A stretch of 64,000 bases of DNA from an uncultured Candidatus Saccharibacteria bacterium (GCA_964545165.1 CAZJEQ010000001.1:1971-65970), one strand, 5' to 3'. Shown: positions 39,169 through 48,556, counted from the first letter of the stretch. Made by a program: numbers and translations. Notes: generated by a model not told the origin, from the sequence alone.

Positions 39169-39287
39169 CCGTGAAATTCTCACCAGGGAATTTCTAGAGT
39201 CATGCCCGGACAGACCCCTGCAGGGGTGTGACGTTGGGCATAACTCAGCAGATTCTCTGCTGAAAATCTGAAGGGTATACTGCCTGC

Positions 39288-40241
39288 ATGCTTAGTCGAC
39301 AAAAGCTTGCTGCTTGGGGCCCGGTACTCGTTTTTCTCGCCGCCATACTGTGGGCGACGGATGCGCCGTTTCGCGCACATCTCACAGAGGGACTCTCTTC
39401 GAATTTCATAGTATTTGCCGAGCACTTCGTAGATGTGCTGATAGCACTGCCGATTCTCTGGTGGATGCGATCAGATCTCAAGAAACTCTCGCGAAAGGAG
39501 TGGGGTGCAATTCTCTTGATCGCCATCGGCGGTTCCGCGCTGGCTTCCATCGCGTTTACCCAGGCATTCCATTACGTGAATCCATCTGTCGCGATTCTCT
39601 TGCAGAAAATCCAGCCGCTCATCGCCATCGTGCTCGCTGGCGTCTTCCTCGGTGAGCGCATGCATCGCAATTTTTGGATTTGGGCCGCGGTCGCGCTCTG
39701 TGGCACGTATCTGATTAGCTTCCCGACGCTTGTGCCGCAGCTCTACGCGGGAGAAGCCTTCAATCCCAACACCATCGGTGTACTTCTTGCGCTCACGGCG
39801 GCGCTGCTCTGGGGTGCGTGCACGGTAGTGGGCAAATTTGTTCTGCGCACGGCTGCCTTTCAAACGCTCACCGCGCTGCGCTTCGTCATCGCGTTTATTT
39901 TCTTGGGAATCCTCAATCTGGTGCAGGGTACCTTTCCGGTATGGAGTACCGTCACACCGACCGACTATTTCTTTATCGTTATCATCGCACTCGCTTCTGG
40001 CGTGTTTTCGCTCTTTCTCTATTACTACGGACTCCAATACACCAAAGCCTCGATTGCCACGATCGCAGAGTTGGGCTTTCCGTTTGCGGCAGTCGTCGTC
40101 AATGCGTACTTCATCGTGGGCGCCATGCAGCCGGGGACCGTGCTCGGTCTGCATCTCGGACAGTGGGTCGGCTCGATGATGCTCCTTGGCGCGCTCTACA
40201 TGCTCGCGCGCGTCAATCGCGAAGACGCGGCAGCTACATAA
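39288..40241 (+). CDS. EamA/DMT family transporter (candidate flavin or precursor transporter)
   Basis: 10 TM, duplicated EamA pattern; lies between ribH and the FAD synthase gene. Confidence 0.8.
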   Translation: MLSRQKLAAWGPVLVFLAAILWATDAPFRAHLTEGLSSNFIVFAEHFVDVLIALPILWWMRSDLKKLSRKEWGAILLIAIGGSALASIAFTQAFHYVNPSVAILLQKIQPLIAIVLAGVFLGERMHRNFWIWAAVALCGTYLISFPTLVPQLYAGEAFNPNTIGVLLALTAALLWGACTVVGKFVLRTAAFQTLTALRFVIAFIFLGILNLVQGTFPVWSTVTPTDYFFIVIIALASGVFSLFLYYYGLQYTKASIATIAELGFPFAAVVVNAYFIVGAMQPGTVLGLHLGQWVGSMMLLGALYMLARVNREDAAAT

Positions 40242-40245
40242 CCAT

Positions 40246-40656
40246 ATGGCGCGCATCATGGTCTTCGGGACCTTCGATATGGTGCACGAAGGACATCTCG
40301 ATTTGTTTCGACAGGCGCGTGCGCTCGCACCTGAGCCACACCTCATCGTCTCTGTGGCACGCGACGCGGTAGCAGCGCGGATTAAGGGTGCCGCGCCTCG
40401 CAGACGTGAAGAAGCGCGTCGTGCCGCTGTCGCAGCAAGCGATCTTGTCGACGAGGCAGTCTTGGGAGACAGCGAAGGATATCTGCCGCATATCATCGCT
40501 GCGCAGCCGGAGATTATTGCATTGGGATACGATCAGGAAGGGGAATACGTCGCGCACCTCGCGCAGGATTTGGAAGCTGCGGGTCTTCGTGTGCGCATCG
40601 TGCGACTCGAGCCCTTCGAGCCCGAGATATACAAAACTTCCAAGCTGCGCTCGTGA
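40246..40656 (+). CDS. Cytidylyltransferase-fold adenylyltransferase, archaeal-type FAD synthase (RibL-like)
   Basis: [35 protein letters not shown]. Confidence 0.8.
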   Translation: MARIMVFGTFDMVHEGHLDLFRQARALAPEPHLIVSVARDAVAARIKGAAPRRREEARRAAVAASDLVDEAVLGDSEGYLPHIIAAQPEIIALGYDQEGEYVAHLAQDLEAAGLRVRIVRLEPFEPEIYKTSKLRS

Positions 40657-40753
40657 ATCCCTCCCTTTCACAACCCGTGCTCACACGTTCCTGCGCAACG
40701 AGTTGCTGCTGTGCACATTGCGTTCAGTATGTTATTCGCGTAGAAAGGGAAGG

Positions 40754-41143
40754 ATGAAATATTTTGCAATCGATTACGGCTCAAAACGCATCGGCACGGC
40801 TGCTTCAAATGTTGAGGGCACGATCGCATTTCCACGTACAACCATCCCCAATGATGCCTCAGCCGTCACCACACTGGTCACCATGATTGCCGCAGAAAAA
40901 GCGGAGGCGATTGTGATCGGCGATACGCGCACGCTCGAAGGGAGCGAGAATCCGGTGACGAAAGCTGCACAGCAATTTGCGGAGAAGCTCGGTGCCGCCG
41001 CACAGGTGACGATTGTATGGGCCCGCGAGGCGGGAAGCACCATCGGGGCGGGGGAAATCTCTGGCACGAATCATGATGATGCGTCAGCCGCAGCGTTTAC
41101 CTTGCAGCGGTATTTGGATATGCATACAAGACGTGTAGAGTAG
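40754..41143 (+). CDS. ruvX: YqgF/RuvX family pre-16S rRNA processing nuclease
   Basis: AIDYGSKRIG, IVIG, EAGST, DASAAAFTLQRYLD. Confidence 0.9.
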   Translation: MKYFAIDYGSKRIGTAASNVEGTIAFPRTTIPNDASAVTTLVTMIAAEKAEAIVIGDTRTLEGSENPVTKAAQQFAEKLGAAAQVTIVWAREAGSTIGAGEISGTNHDDASAAAFTLQRYLDMHTRRVE

Positions 41144-41147
41144 CGAT

Positions 41148-41495
41148 ATGGAAGAGGCACCACAGCCGACGGAAATTCAATACGAAGATTTTGCGAAGCT
41201 CGATATCCGCATTGGGCTCATCGTGGCCGCGGAAAAGGTGCCCGAGACCGACAAGCTCATCAAGTGCACGATTGATTTTGGCGCATTCGGACAGCGCACC
41301 ATCGTCTCAGGTATTGCTGCATGGAAGACGCCAGAAGAGCTGGTTGGAAAAAAACTCCCCTACATCGTGAATCTTGCACCGCGCATGCTCAAGGGGGTGG
41401 AAAGTCAGGGGATGTTGCTCGCGGCCAGCGATGAGACAGGTCTTGCGCTGATCGTTCCCGAGCGCGATGTGACACCTGGTACGCGCCTCAAGTAA
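41148..41495 (+). CDS. tRNA-binding OB-fold protein (MetRS C-domain/Trbp111/CsaA family)
   Basis: YEDFAKLDIRIG, DKL, RTIVSGI, VNLAPR..KGVESQGMLL. Confidence 0.9.
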   Translation: MEEAPQPTEIQYEDFAKLDIRIGLIVAAEKVPETDKLIKCTIDFGAFGQRTIVSGIAAWKTPEELVGKKLPYIVNLAPRMLKGVESQGMLLAASDETGLALIVPERDVTPGTRLK

Positions 41496-41530
41496 AGCGA
41501 GAGTCGATGCGCGACTGATATAATTGTGCG

Positions 41531-42658
41531 ATGGATCTCTCCTTCGCGCGGAAGATTGGCGACGATGGTCGAGCTTTTTCGCGTATCATGGCGCGCGCCT
41601 TCCCGATGCCGCAGCTGTTGATGCCGCCAGCAGCAGGTGTCGACATCTCGGACTCTTCAGTGAAGTGGCTCGTGCTCAAGCAGGTGGGCGAGTCGTACCA
41701 TGTCGATAATTACGGCGAGGTACCGCTCCCGAGCGGCGTCGTCGTGGCCGGTGCCGTACAGAATGTGGGAGCGCTTGCCGAGGCGCTCAAGGCGGTGCGC
41801 GTACAGCTCAAGGGCGTCCGCGCGGCGCATGGCGCGCTTCCTGAAGAAGCCGCGTACGTCTTCAGCATGCTCGTCCCGCACGCGACACCGCGCACCCAGG
41901 TCTTGCGCATGATCGAATTCGAATTCGAGGGTCGTGTGCCGATTGCGCCCACTGCTGCGGTCTACGATTACTCGCTCATTCCGGCAGAAGGCAATGAGCA
42001 GGAAGAGATCAGTGTGGTGGTATTCCCGAAAGACATCGCAGAAGCGTATACCGCCGCATTTGATCAGGCGGGCATGACGCTCCTCTCGCTCGAAGTCGAG
42101 GCACGCTCTATTGCACGCGCGGTCTCCTCCGGCGCACCCGATGAGCCTGTCACGCTTATAGCTGATTATGGTCGCGGCCGCACTGGCTTTGCCGTCCTCA
42201 AACGCGGCGTGCCGATTTTTACCTCCACAGTGCCAGTCGGAGGTGATGCGATTAATCGCGCGCTGATCGACACGATGCACATGAGCGAGGCAGAGGCGGC
42301 ACAGTTCAAGCTCGATGAGGGTGTTGATGCACAGGCCCAGCGCACCGCGGCACGCGACGCGATTTTGCCTGCGGTGAGCGCGTTTGCCGATGAGATTGCA
42401 CGTCACTATCGGTACTGGGATACGCGCAAGAATGATCGGGGTGATCGAGTCACCGCCGTGGGCAAGGTGATGCTCGTCGGCGGCAATGCGAATCTTCGCG
42501 GACTGGCAGACTACGTGGCAAGCAGGGTCCAGGCCCCGGTCGAAATAGGGCAGTGCTGGCGACATGTCGCGCCCTTCGATACATACATTCCGCCGATTGA
42601 TCGACACATCTCGCTCCAGTATGCGACCGCCGTTGGTCTCGCACTGCGCGCACACTAA
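41531..42658 (+). CDS. pilM: Type IV pilus assembly protein PilM
   Basis: GVDISDSSVK, actin-like fold motifs, LVGGNANLRGL, YATAVGLALR. Confidence 0.9.
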   Translation: MDLSFARKIGDDGRAFSRIMARAFPMPQLLMPPAAGVDISDSSVKWLVLKQVGESYHVDNYGEVPLPSGVVVAGAVQNVGALAEALKAVRVQLKGVRAAHGALPEEAAYVFSMLVPHATPRTQVLRMIEFEFEGRVPIAPTAAVYDYSLIPAEGNEQEEISVVVFPKDIAEAYTAAFDQAGMTLLSLEVEARSIARAVSSGAPDEPVTLIADYGRGRTGFAVLKRGVPIFTSTVPVGGDAINRALIDTMHMSEAEAAQFKLDEGVDAQAQRTAARDAILPAVSAFADEIARHYRYWDTRKNDRGDRVTAVGKVMLVGGNANLRGLADYVASRVQAPVEIGQCWRHVAPFDTYIPPIDRHISLQYATAVGLALRAH

Positions 42659-42660
42659 CT

Positions 42661-43194
42661 ATGGCCAACGTCTTGCCACTTGATGCTCAGAAGAAAATCG
42701 CCAGCGAATACCGCGCGCGCTTTGTGATCGCCACGGCAATTGCGATTGCGGCGACCGCACTCTTGCTCGCGCTCGCGCTCGTACCCAGCTATCTCGCGAT
42801 CTCGCTCGCCGCGCCCCCTATACGCGATGCTGTGAGCGCTGAGCACGCGCAAAACCCACAGGTGGTGGCGCGCACGCAGATGCTGATCACGCAATTCATG
42901 CCGACGCTCGCCGCGACAACGTCGCCGCGTGCGCTCATCTCAGCCGCCATTGCTGATCGGCCGAGCGGTGTCACGCTGGATCATTTCGTATACTCCGCAC
43001 CGCGCACAGGTAAGAGCGCAGAGATGCTGATCACGGGAGTCGCCGCGCGCGATAAAATCGCCGCGTATCGCGATGCTCTGGAAGCCGATCCGCTTTTTGC
43101 AACGGTGTCGGTGCCGGTGAGCGCGCTCGTGGGTGGCGGAAGCGGCGATTTCTCCGCCACACTTACTATTCCGAGCATCACCGCAACCTTTTAA
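42661..43194 (+). CDS. PilN-like protein
   Basis: MANVLP start plus TM, directly after pilM. Confidence 0.65.
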   Translation: MANVLPLDAQKKIASEYRARFVIATAIAIAATALLLALALVPSYLAISLAAPPIRDAVSAEHAQNPQVVARTQMLITQFMPTLAATTSPRALISAAIADRPSGVTLDHFVYSAPRTGKSAEMLITGVAARDKIAAYRDALEADPLFATVSVPVSALVGGGSGDFSATLTIPSITATF

Positions 43195-43197
43195 TCT

Positions 43198-43734
43198 ATG
43201 CGACACCTAGCATCACTCTCGTGGTTTGCGCTGCTCGGCTCCATCGCGCTTTTAGCATTGGTGGTTTATCAGGCGGGAGCGATTCGCGAAGAAGCGCGTA
43301 CACGCGCGGCGTTTGCGGCAGATCGCGAACAGCAAAGTGATCGAAGTGCGTATGCGCAACGGGTGGCTGCCGTGATCGCAGAGACAGAAGACGAGCGCGC
43401 GAAACTCGACGCGTTTGCAAAGCTCGATGTGGTCTCGGTCGTCGAGCTCCTTGAAAGCGCGGGGACAAGCGCCGGGCTCACGGTGACGGTCGCGGGCGCA
43501 CAGGCCGAAAGCGGTGCGCAGCTTCCGACAGGGGAGCTGGTGCAGCCCGTCGCGTTTTCCGTGAATACATCCGGCTCGTACGCGGCGGTGATGCGCGCGC
43601 TCGATCTCTACGAGCATCTCCCGCTTGCCTCGCAAATTGAACAGCTCGACATCGCACGCGACGCATCGGGAAGCGGACGCACGTGGAGCCTGTCGATGCG
43701 AATCCGTATTATGACGCTTGCACCATCCTTATGA
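43198..43734 (+). CDS. PilO-like protein
   Basis: TM plus coiled coil; GSYAAVMRAL..YEHLP; position after pilN. Confidence 0.6.
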   Translation: MRHLASLSWFALLGSIALLALVVYQAGAIREEARTRAAFAADREQQSDRSAYAQRVAAVIAETEDERAKLDAFAKLDVVSVVELLESAGTSAGLTVTVAGAQAESGAQLPTGELVQPVAFSVNTSGSYAAVMRALDLYEHLPLASQIEQLDIARDASGSGRTWSLSMRIRIMTLAPSL

Positions 43735-44057
43735 TGTCATTCGGCACATTCAAACGCGTAAAGGAACTGTATACGTACCGGCATGAGCCGGAGTACATGC
43801 GCCCGCTCGGCGAGATCTTCTGGCATGGCCTTTTGCTCTGTGCCGCGGTCGCTATGGTGGGTGTGCTTGTCTTTGCGGCGAGTGTCTTTGTCGATGTGCT
43901 CACCACACTCGGGGGCTCGGCAGCGGGACCCACGAGACCGCCTGTGGTGCTCGATCGTGCGAAACTCGACGAGATGCTCAATCGCATCGACGAGAAGGTC
44001 GTCGAATACAATGCGCATCGCGCGGCATCATCGCCAGTTGTCGATCCGTCGAGATAG
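43731..44057 (+). CDS. Small membrane protein of the pil operon
   Basis: ATGA overlap with upstream gene, TM segment, C-terminal DPS. Confidence 0.6.
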   Translation: MMSFGTFKRVKELYTYRHEPEYMRPLGEIFWHGLLLCAAVAMVGVLVFAASVFVDVLTTLGGSAAGPTRPPVVLDRAKLDEMLNRIDEKVVEYNAHRAASSPVVDPSR

Positions 44058-44066
44058 AAACGTCTG

Positions 44067-44142
44067 TGGTGCGCGCTGAGGGACTTGAACCCCCGACCTT
44101 CCCCGTGTAAAGGGGTTGCTCTACCAACTGAGCTAAGCGCGC
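44067..44142 (-). tRNA. tRNA-Val(TAC)
   Basis: Acceptor GCGCGCT/AGCGCGC, anticodon loop TTTACAC, encoded CCA. Confidence 0.95.
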
Positions 44143-44292
44143 ATGTGCCCCCGTTCGGTCTGTAACCCCATGAGGTGAGACACCGTAAGGGTTTCTGGAG
44201 GGACCTTTAATATAACAGGCTTGGGCCGCTCGGTCGCGTCCCTTTTTTGGAAAGTTACAAAAGTGACACAGGAATGTGACGTGACCGTGTCA

Positions 44293-45027
44293 CTATTTGG
44301 TTGACTCGCTTTGTTGCTGCTCTGTCTTTTCAAGGGAAAGGTCTTGTGTGGCAATTGCCTGACGGAGCTTGAACAGACCGAACCACACGGCAGGATGGGC
44401 CTTCATTTTGTGTCGCGGACCGCACACGCAATTAGTTGCCCCATTGATGTGTTCTTGGCCGGAGAGCAACTTTTGCACGCGCGGCCATTCGATCATATTT
44501 GCCTGCATTTTGCGTATGCAGATTTCCACGTGTTCGCGAGAGCTGCCTGAACGATGGTAAGACTCAAATACACCTGCCGAGCCGTGTGAATAGTCATTCC
44601 AGGGCCACTCATCGTGCAAGTCGTAATGCCGCTGTCCATACAAGAATGGGTAGACCAGTTGCTCGAGATACACGGGGAAAGAAAATCCAGCGTTCATGCG
44701 CTCCACCTCTTCTACGGGCCCACACAAACAAGCGTGACCGGTTCCGTAGAAATGCCTATCGAGTATGAGCTCGACCTTATCGCCGAGTACCTGAAGTGTT
44801 GGGAGGGTTTTGTTGTTTCTGCCCTTCTTAATCGATATCTCGTACGCACCGCGGAGCACAACACCCACTCCAGTTTGTCCGGACTGCGTGAGCGGCGTGA
44901 AAGTATCTGTCGCCTTGTCGTAAGCGGCGGCGAACACAATCTCGCCGCTTATCTCCGTATGGTCAGCATTAACTGTGAGAAGTGGGTAGCTGGTTTGGAG
45001 CCATGTGACTTCATCCTTGGTGATCAT
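44293..45027 (-). CDS. CBASS-associated prokaryotic E2-like protein with degenerate SEC-C-like tail
   Basis: RHFYGTGHACLCG (H..CL catalytic Cys pattern), PFLY, WPW..YSHG, NCVCG..K.K.H; overlaps the CD-NTase 3' end. Confidence 0.75.
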   Translation of the reverse strand: MITKDEVTWLQTSYPLLTVNADHTEISGEIVFAAAYDKATDTFTPLTQSGQTGVGVVLRGAYEISIKKGRNNKTLPTLQVLGDKVELILDRHFYGTGHACLCGPVEEVERMNAGFSFPVYLEQLVYPFLYGQRHYDLHDEWPWNDYSHGSAGVFESYHRSGSSREHVEICIRKMQANMIEWPRVQKLLSGQEHINGATNCVCGPRHKMKAHPAVWFGLFKLRQAIATQDLSLEKTEQQQSESTK

Positions 45028-45940
45028 GGCTGTCGCCCCACTGGCGCGTTGGAGTGAAGGAGCTGCCGGCTGCGTACGCTGCACCGGCAGCTGCGGATGC
45101 TGTGCCGGAAGCCGTAGCCGACTTAGTAGTAGGGCCGCTTTCGCGGAACTCCTGTTGCCAGACGGAAATGTCGTCTACGCCATCGAGCATTTTGTGTGCG
45201 TTGGCTGCAGCACGCGCAATATTAGTCTTCTCGGCGGGCTGCATCAGTTGTGATACTACGTTGTTGGTGTTCGCGGGATCGACGAGTTGCAAGGTCTCAA
45301 ACTCACTCTCGAACGCATCGAGTACGCCCAAGAAACTCTCTTTGAGATCGCTCTTGCTGCGCGAGCCCTTGAGGGCCTCAACGACAAAGAGCTCGAGGAT
45401 GAACGTCTTGATTTGGAGACGATTGCGATGCGCCCAGAGCTTGATCAACCGGATGACCGGTACACATTCGCTGTTGGTAATGTAGTCGATATGCGTCTTG
45501 AGGTTCGTCTTCATGCGCTCCTGCTCACCGTATTGGACGTGTAGGAACACATCCTTAGTGCCTTCTATAAAGCGGCCAGGAACGACGTCGATGTGGAAGT
45601 CGCCCGGCGCGGCCGCGCCCTTGAGATCAAGAATGCGCTCGGCCGACGCTTTTGGGCGCGTGACGTACTTTTCACGCAATCGCTTGGCAACATCTTCACG
45701 AATGTCTTTTAGCGAGCGGGAGTCGCCACTGAGGAAATAGCAGACGATGTCGAGATCGTAACGGTCGCTGATCATCGTGCCCTTCTCATACGAACCCGCA
45801 TACTTTATGTGCGGCGTGTCGCCGAACTCCGTGCGCAGGAATTTAGTAATCTCATCCTTGTGCAACTGGAGGTCTTTCTCCTGACGCGGAGTGAGATCCT
45901 GCGAAGCGAGTGTCTCTTCTAAATATTTTTTTGGTGTCAT
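45011..45940 (-). CDS. cGAS/DncV-like nucleotidyltransferase (CD-NTase)
   Basis: GSYEKGT...DLDIV, IDVVPG, IRLIKLW, FILEL, LVDPAN; flexible tail ending PTRQWG-DSHDHQG. Confidence 0.9.
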   Translation of the reverse strand: MTPKKYLEETLASQDLTPRQEKDLQLHKDEITKFLRTEFGDTPHIKYAGSYEKGTMISDRYDLDIVCYFLSGDSRSLKDIREDVAKRLREKYVTRPKASAERILDLKGAAAPGDFHIDVVPGRFIEGTKDVFLHVQYGEQERMKTNLKTHIDYITNSECVPVIRLIKLWAHRNRLQIKTFILELFVVEALKGSRSKSDLKESFLGVLDAFESEFETLQLVDPANTNNVVSQLMQPAEKTNIARAAANAHKMLDGVDDISVWQQEFRESGPTTKSATASGTASAAAGAAYAAGSSFTPTRQWGDSHDHQG

Positions 45941-45949
45941 ATTGTTTTT

Positions 45950-47068
45950 TTAATTAATGGTTAATGTGGGAACGAAAACACCCTGGTCTCTGTCATATAC
46001 GCGCATGGTCGGATCGGCCTTGGGGAGCAACTCTTTGCCACACAGCACCGCGACCGGAGCTGGTATCGCGGGAAATAAGTAGATAGTGCTGCCGCCGTAC
46101 TTCGCTCCTATCTCGCTAAGCACCTGCCGATATGTTGTTCTGAATTTTTCGAGGCGGGATTTGTAAGGCAAGAAACCTGGGTTGGCACCATCCACTTCTA
46201 TCTCATACACTGGCGCGTCGCCGACAATAGGACGATACATCTCCGAACCGTTCTTGCCGCTGAGCGAGAGTACCAGTGCTACTTTACTGTGGTCCGCGCC
46301 CTCAGTGTGGGTGACGCGAAATGTAAAATCGTCCTCCGCTGGCTCCTCTTTCCACTTCCAGTCATCGGTGTCGCGATGTTTTTGATAGAGGTCTACTGGC
46401 ACAATGTTTCCCAACTGGTTGCCTAGATGCACGAGAATGGGTATCGGCGCGAGTGCAAACACCGACAGATGGCTATACAACAGACCATCATTACCCCGAC
46501 GTAGTGATTGCCGGAGCTGTTCTGTTACCTCACTCGCGAATTGCGTCCAAAACGCTTCGTCGCCTCTACCTGCCTTGTGACTGAAGTCGAGCCATACGCC
46601 CTTGTCATCCGCTAAAGGACGCGATTGAACTGCCGGAAAAATATCGGCGGGTGCAATTTCAACCCGCCGATCGCCGATCGGTGCATTGAACCGGAGCACA
46701 GCAGTAGGACCTTCGACGCCGATGGCTGTCTGGCGTTGGATACGCTCCTCGTGCTTTTGTTTGTAGCTCCGTAGTTGCTCAATCGTATAGGACTCCGCAT
46801 TGCGCCCGTCTATGAGGCGCGAATGCTTGAGACATACGAGCATGAGGTTGTCGTAATCGGTTTGTAACTCGGACGATAACTCCTCATCTCCGCGTGGACC
46901 GTTCGGACTCGCCGCGACAATGTGCGCCATGTGGGCGAAATTATCTTCCTTCTGAGTAGTGTCATCGCGCCAAACCGGCTCGTTACAGTTTGGGAACTCG
47001 CAACGGCCTCCGGAATGGACCCAGAGTTTAAGCCTGACCTGCTCGGGTATGTTAAGACGCGCCGCCAT
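45950..47068 (-). CDS. CBASS effector HNH endonuclease-SAVED (Cap5-like)
   Basis: SGGRCEFPNC, AHIVAAS..GPRG, NLMLVC..H..ID; SAVED motifs FALAPIP..V.LG, YQKHR...W.W, LSLSG, LFPAIP. Confidence 0.92.
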   Translation of the reverse strand: MAARLNIPEQVRLKLWVHSGGRCEFPNCNEPVWRDDTTQKEDNFAHMAHIVAASPNGPRGDEELSSELQTDYDNLMLVCLKHSRLIDGRNAESYTIEQLRSYKQKHEERIQRQTAIGVEGPTAVLRFNAPIGDRRVEIAPADIFPAVQSRPLADDKGVWLDFSHKAGRGDEAFWTQFASEVTEQLRQSLRRGNDGLLYSHLSVFALAPIPILVHLGNQLGNIVPVDLYQKHRDTDDWKWKEEPAEDDFTFRVTHTEGADHSKVALVLSLSGKNGSEMYRPIVGDAPVYEIEVDGANPGFLPYKSRLEKFRTTYRQVLSEIGAKYGGSTIYLFPAIPAPVAVLCGKELLPKADPTMRVYDRDQGVFVPTLTIN

Positions 47069-47075
47069 ATCGTTA

Positions 47076-47321
47076 TTAGTGCTTCTTGTCGCGAGGAGGA
47101 TTCGGATCATGACCAGGCGCAACAGTGTCGCTGTCGCGGATAGGTCCGCCATTCGGCTTGTGAATCCGTACCTCGCCACCACCGGAGTTACCGGAAAACT
47201 CCTTGGCGATTTTCTCCGCTTCCTTTTGTGTATCCGCAGTCGCGGACGCACGATCAGCTCCTTCTTTTACAACCTTCCAAACATCGGACCCCTTGGGGTT
47301 CGTGACGTGGTAATTAGCCAT
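47076..47321 (-). CDS. DUF2188 family protein
   Basis: HV...WKV..EGA.RAS....TQKEA...A......EVRIH..G.IRD......DP.PPRD. Confidence 0.85.
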   Translation of the reverse strand: MANYHVTNPKGSDVWKVVKEGADRASATADTQKEAEKIAKEFSGNSGGGEVRIHKPNGGPIRDSDTVAPGHDPNPPRDKKH

Positions 47322-47326
47322 ACGTT

Positions 47327-47962
47327 TTAGTACAGGTCGGGTGGCAAGACTCCCACCACCACACCCTGAATGCTGCAATTATCTGTTAATACGATCGGCG
47401 TGTGCGGATCGGACGACTTCGGGCGGAGGATCACCACGCCGTTCTTTCGTTCCAATATCTTTACGGTCGCTTCGTCGTTAATGAGCGCGACGACGATCTG
47501 GCCGTCGTCTGCGGATTCCTGCTGGCGCACGAGCACGATGCTTCTGTCATCGACGCTCACGCCGCCCACTCTCGCCTGGTTCATTGACGTACCAACGACA
47601 CGGAGCAGAAAGTACCGTGAGCCGGGACGCGCGAGCGCCGTCGAGACTGGAATCACTGCCTCGACATTCTGCTTCGCGAGCATCGGCGCACCGGCGGCTA
47701 CACTGCCCACCAATGGCACGTTCACCGTGGACACGGACGTGTTCGCATTGAGGCTCGGACTCGTGAGCCGAATCCTTCTGCCGAGGCGGCGTATAAGCCC
47801 CGCCGCTTCAAGGCGTTCGAGGGCCAAGACAGCCGAGCGGGGGGAGGCCTTCTTGGTCACCTGGTTGATTTCCCGCAGCGTGGGCGCTTCCTGACCGTGG
47901 ACGAGGCGGTTGCGGATGAGGAGATAGACCTGCTTGTCGCTCTCGCTGAGGTTATTAATCAT
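47327..47962 (-). CDS. lexA: LexA family self-cleaving repressor
   Basis: PTLREI wHTH; VPLVGSVAAG Ala-Gly cleavage site; GTSM Ser; ATVK Lys. Confidence 0.92.
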   Translation of the reverse strand: MINNLSESDKQVYLLIRNRLVHGQEAPTLREINQVTKKASPRSAVLALERLEAAGLIRRLGRRIRLTSPSLNANTSVSTVNVPLVGSVAAGAPMLAKQNVEAVIPVSTALARPGSRYFLLRVVGTSMNQARVGGVSVDDRSIVLVRQQESADDGQIVVALINDEATVKILERKNGVVILRPKSSDPHTPIVLTDNCSIQGVVVGVLPPDLY

Positions 47963-47973
47963 AGGTATAAACA

Positions 47974-48002
47974 AGTATACACCCAAGTGGACTTTTTTGC
48001 AA
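47974..48002 (-). promoter_or_regulatory. Sigma70 promoter of the lexA-CBASS operon (nearly leaderless transcript)
   Basis: Minus strand TTGCAA-N17-TATACT; -10 ends 11 nt before the lexA ATG. Confidence 0.7.
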
Positions 48003-48021
48003 GGGGTGCTAGGCTAGAGAA

Positions 48022-48441
48022 ATGGAGTACCAGCTGCAACTCAAGCCGTTCGAGCGCAAGGATGGTCTCAAATACAAGGTCATACAGATTACCGATATAG
48101 CCCTCCACACGACCCCTCACCGCCCAACCTCCGTCGGCAAGAAAATCAAGCAGGCGTTCACTCAAAACAAGCCGGGACGGGTGTACGCGCCGTTGACAGG
48201 GGCCATACAGACGGATGAATCCGCCCACGAGGCCAAGATCTCCATTGAGCAATTGATTCGGCAGGACCCTGAACTGGTGCGCTGGATTCAAGAAGAGGAA
48301 CAAAAGGGGTACAAGATCCTGATCGGTCTCCCGAAGGGCGGCATTCCGATATTCGAGGGACCGGATACCCGGGAGTTCCTCCAGAGCAAAAACGGTAAGC
48401 GCGTGCTTAGAGGGCTTGCCAAGAAACAGGACGGTGTATAA
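48022..48441 (+). CDS. Hypothetical protein divergent from lexA
   Basis: 139-aa ORF with plausible codon usage. Confidence 0.65.
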   Translation: MEYQLQLKPFERKDGLKYKVIQITDIALHTTPHRPTSVGKKIKQAFTQNKPGRVYAPLTGAIQTDESAHEAKISIEQLIRQDPELVRWIQEEEQKGYKILIGLPKGGIPIFEGPDTREFLQSKNGKRVLRGLAKKQDGV

Positions 48442-48489
48442 TAAGGGTTCAGCGTAGTAAAAAGTAGAGTAGCGTATCGCCTCCAGGCC

Positions 48490-48556
48490 ATGCCTACTTC
48501 GCGCAAGAGATAGTGAGGTCTTCGGACTTTCCCTGTTTCGTGTGTGGAGTAGGCAT
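48490..48556 (+). other. Long RNA hairpin with cUUCGg loop upstream of the MTase cassette
   Basis: ATGCCTACT/AGTAGGCAT, TCGCGCA/TGTGTGG, GAGATAG/CTGTTTC, GGTC-TTCG-GACT; followed by a T-run. Confidence 0.65.

Noticed and set aside
44067-44142. tRNA-Val 3' end as attB of the island
   Set aside because: The tRNA 3' end faces the core pil operon, and no duplicated 3' fragment or integrase is visible in the window
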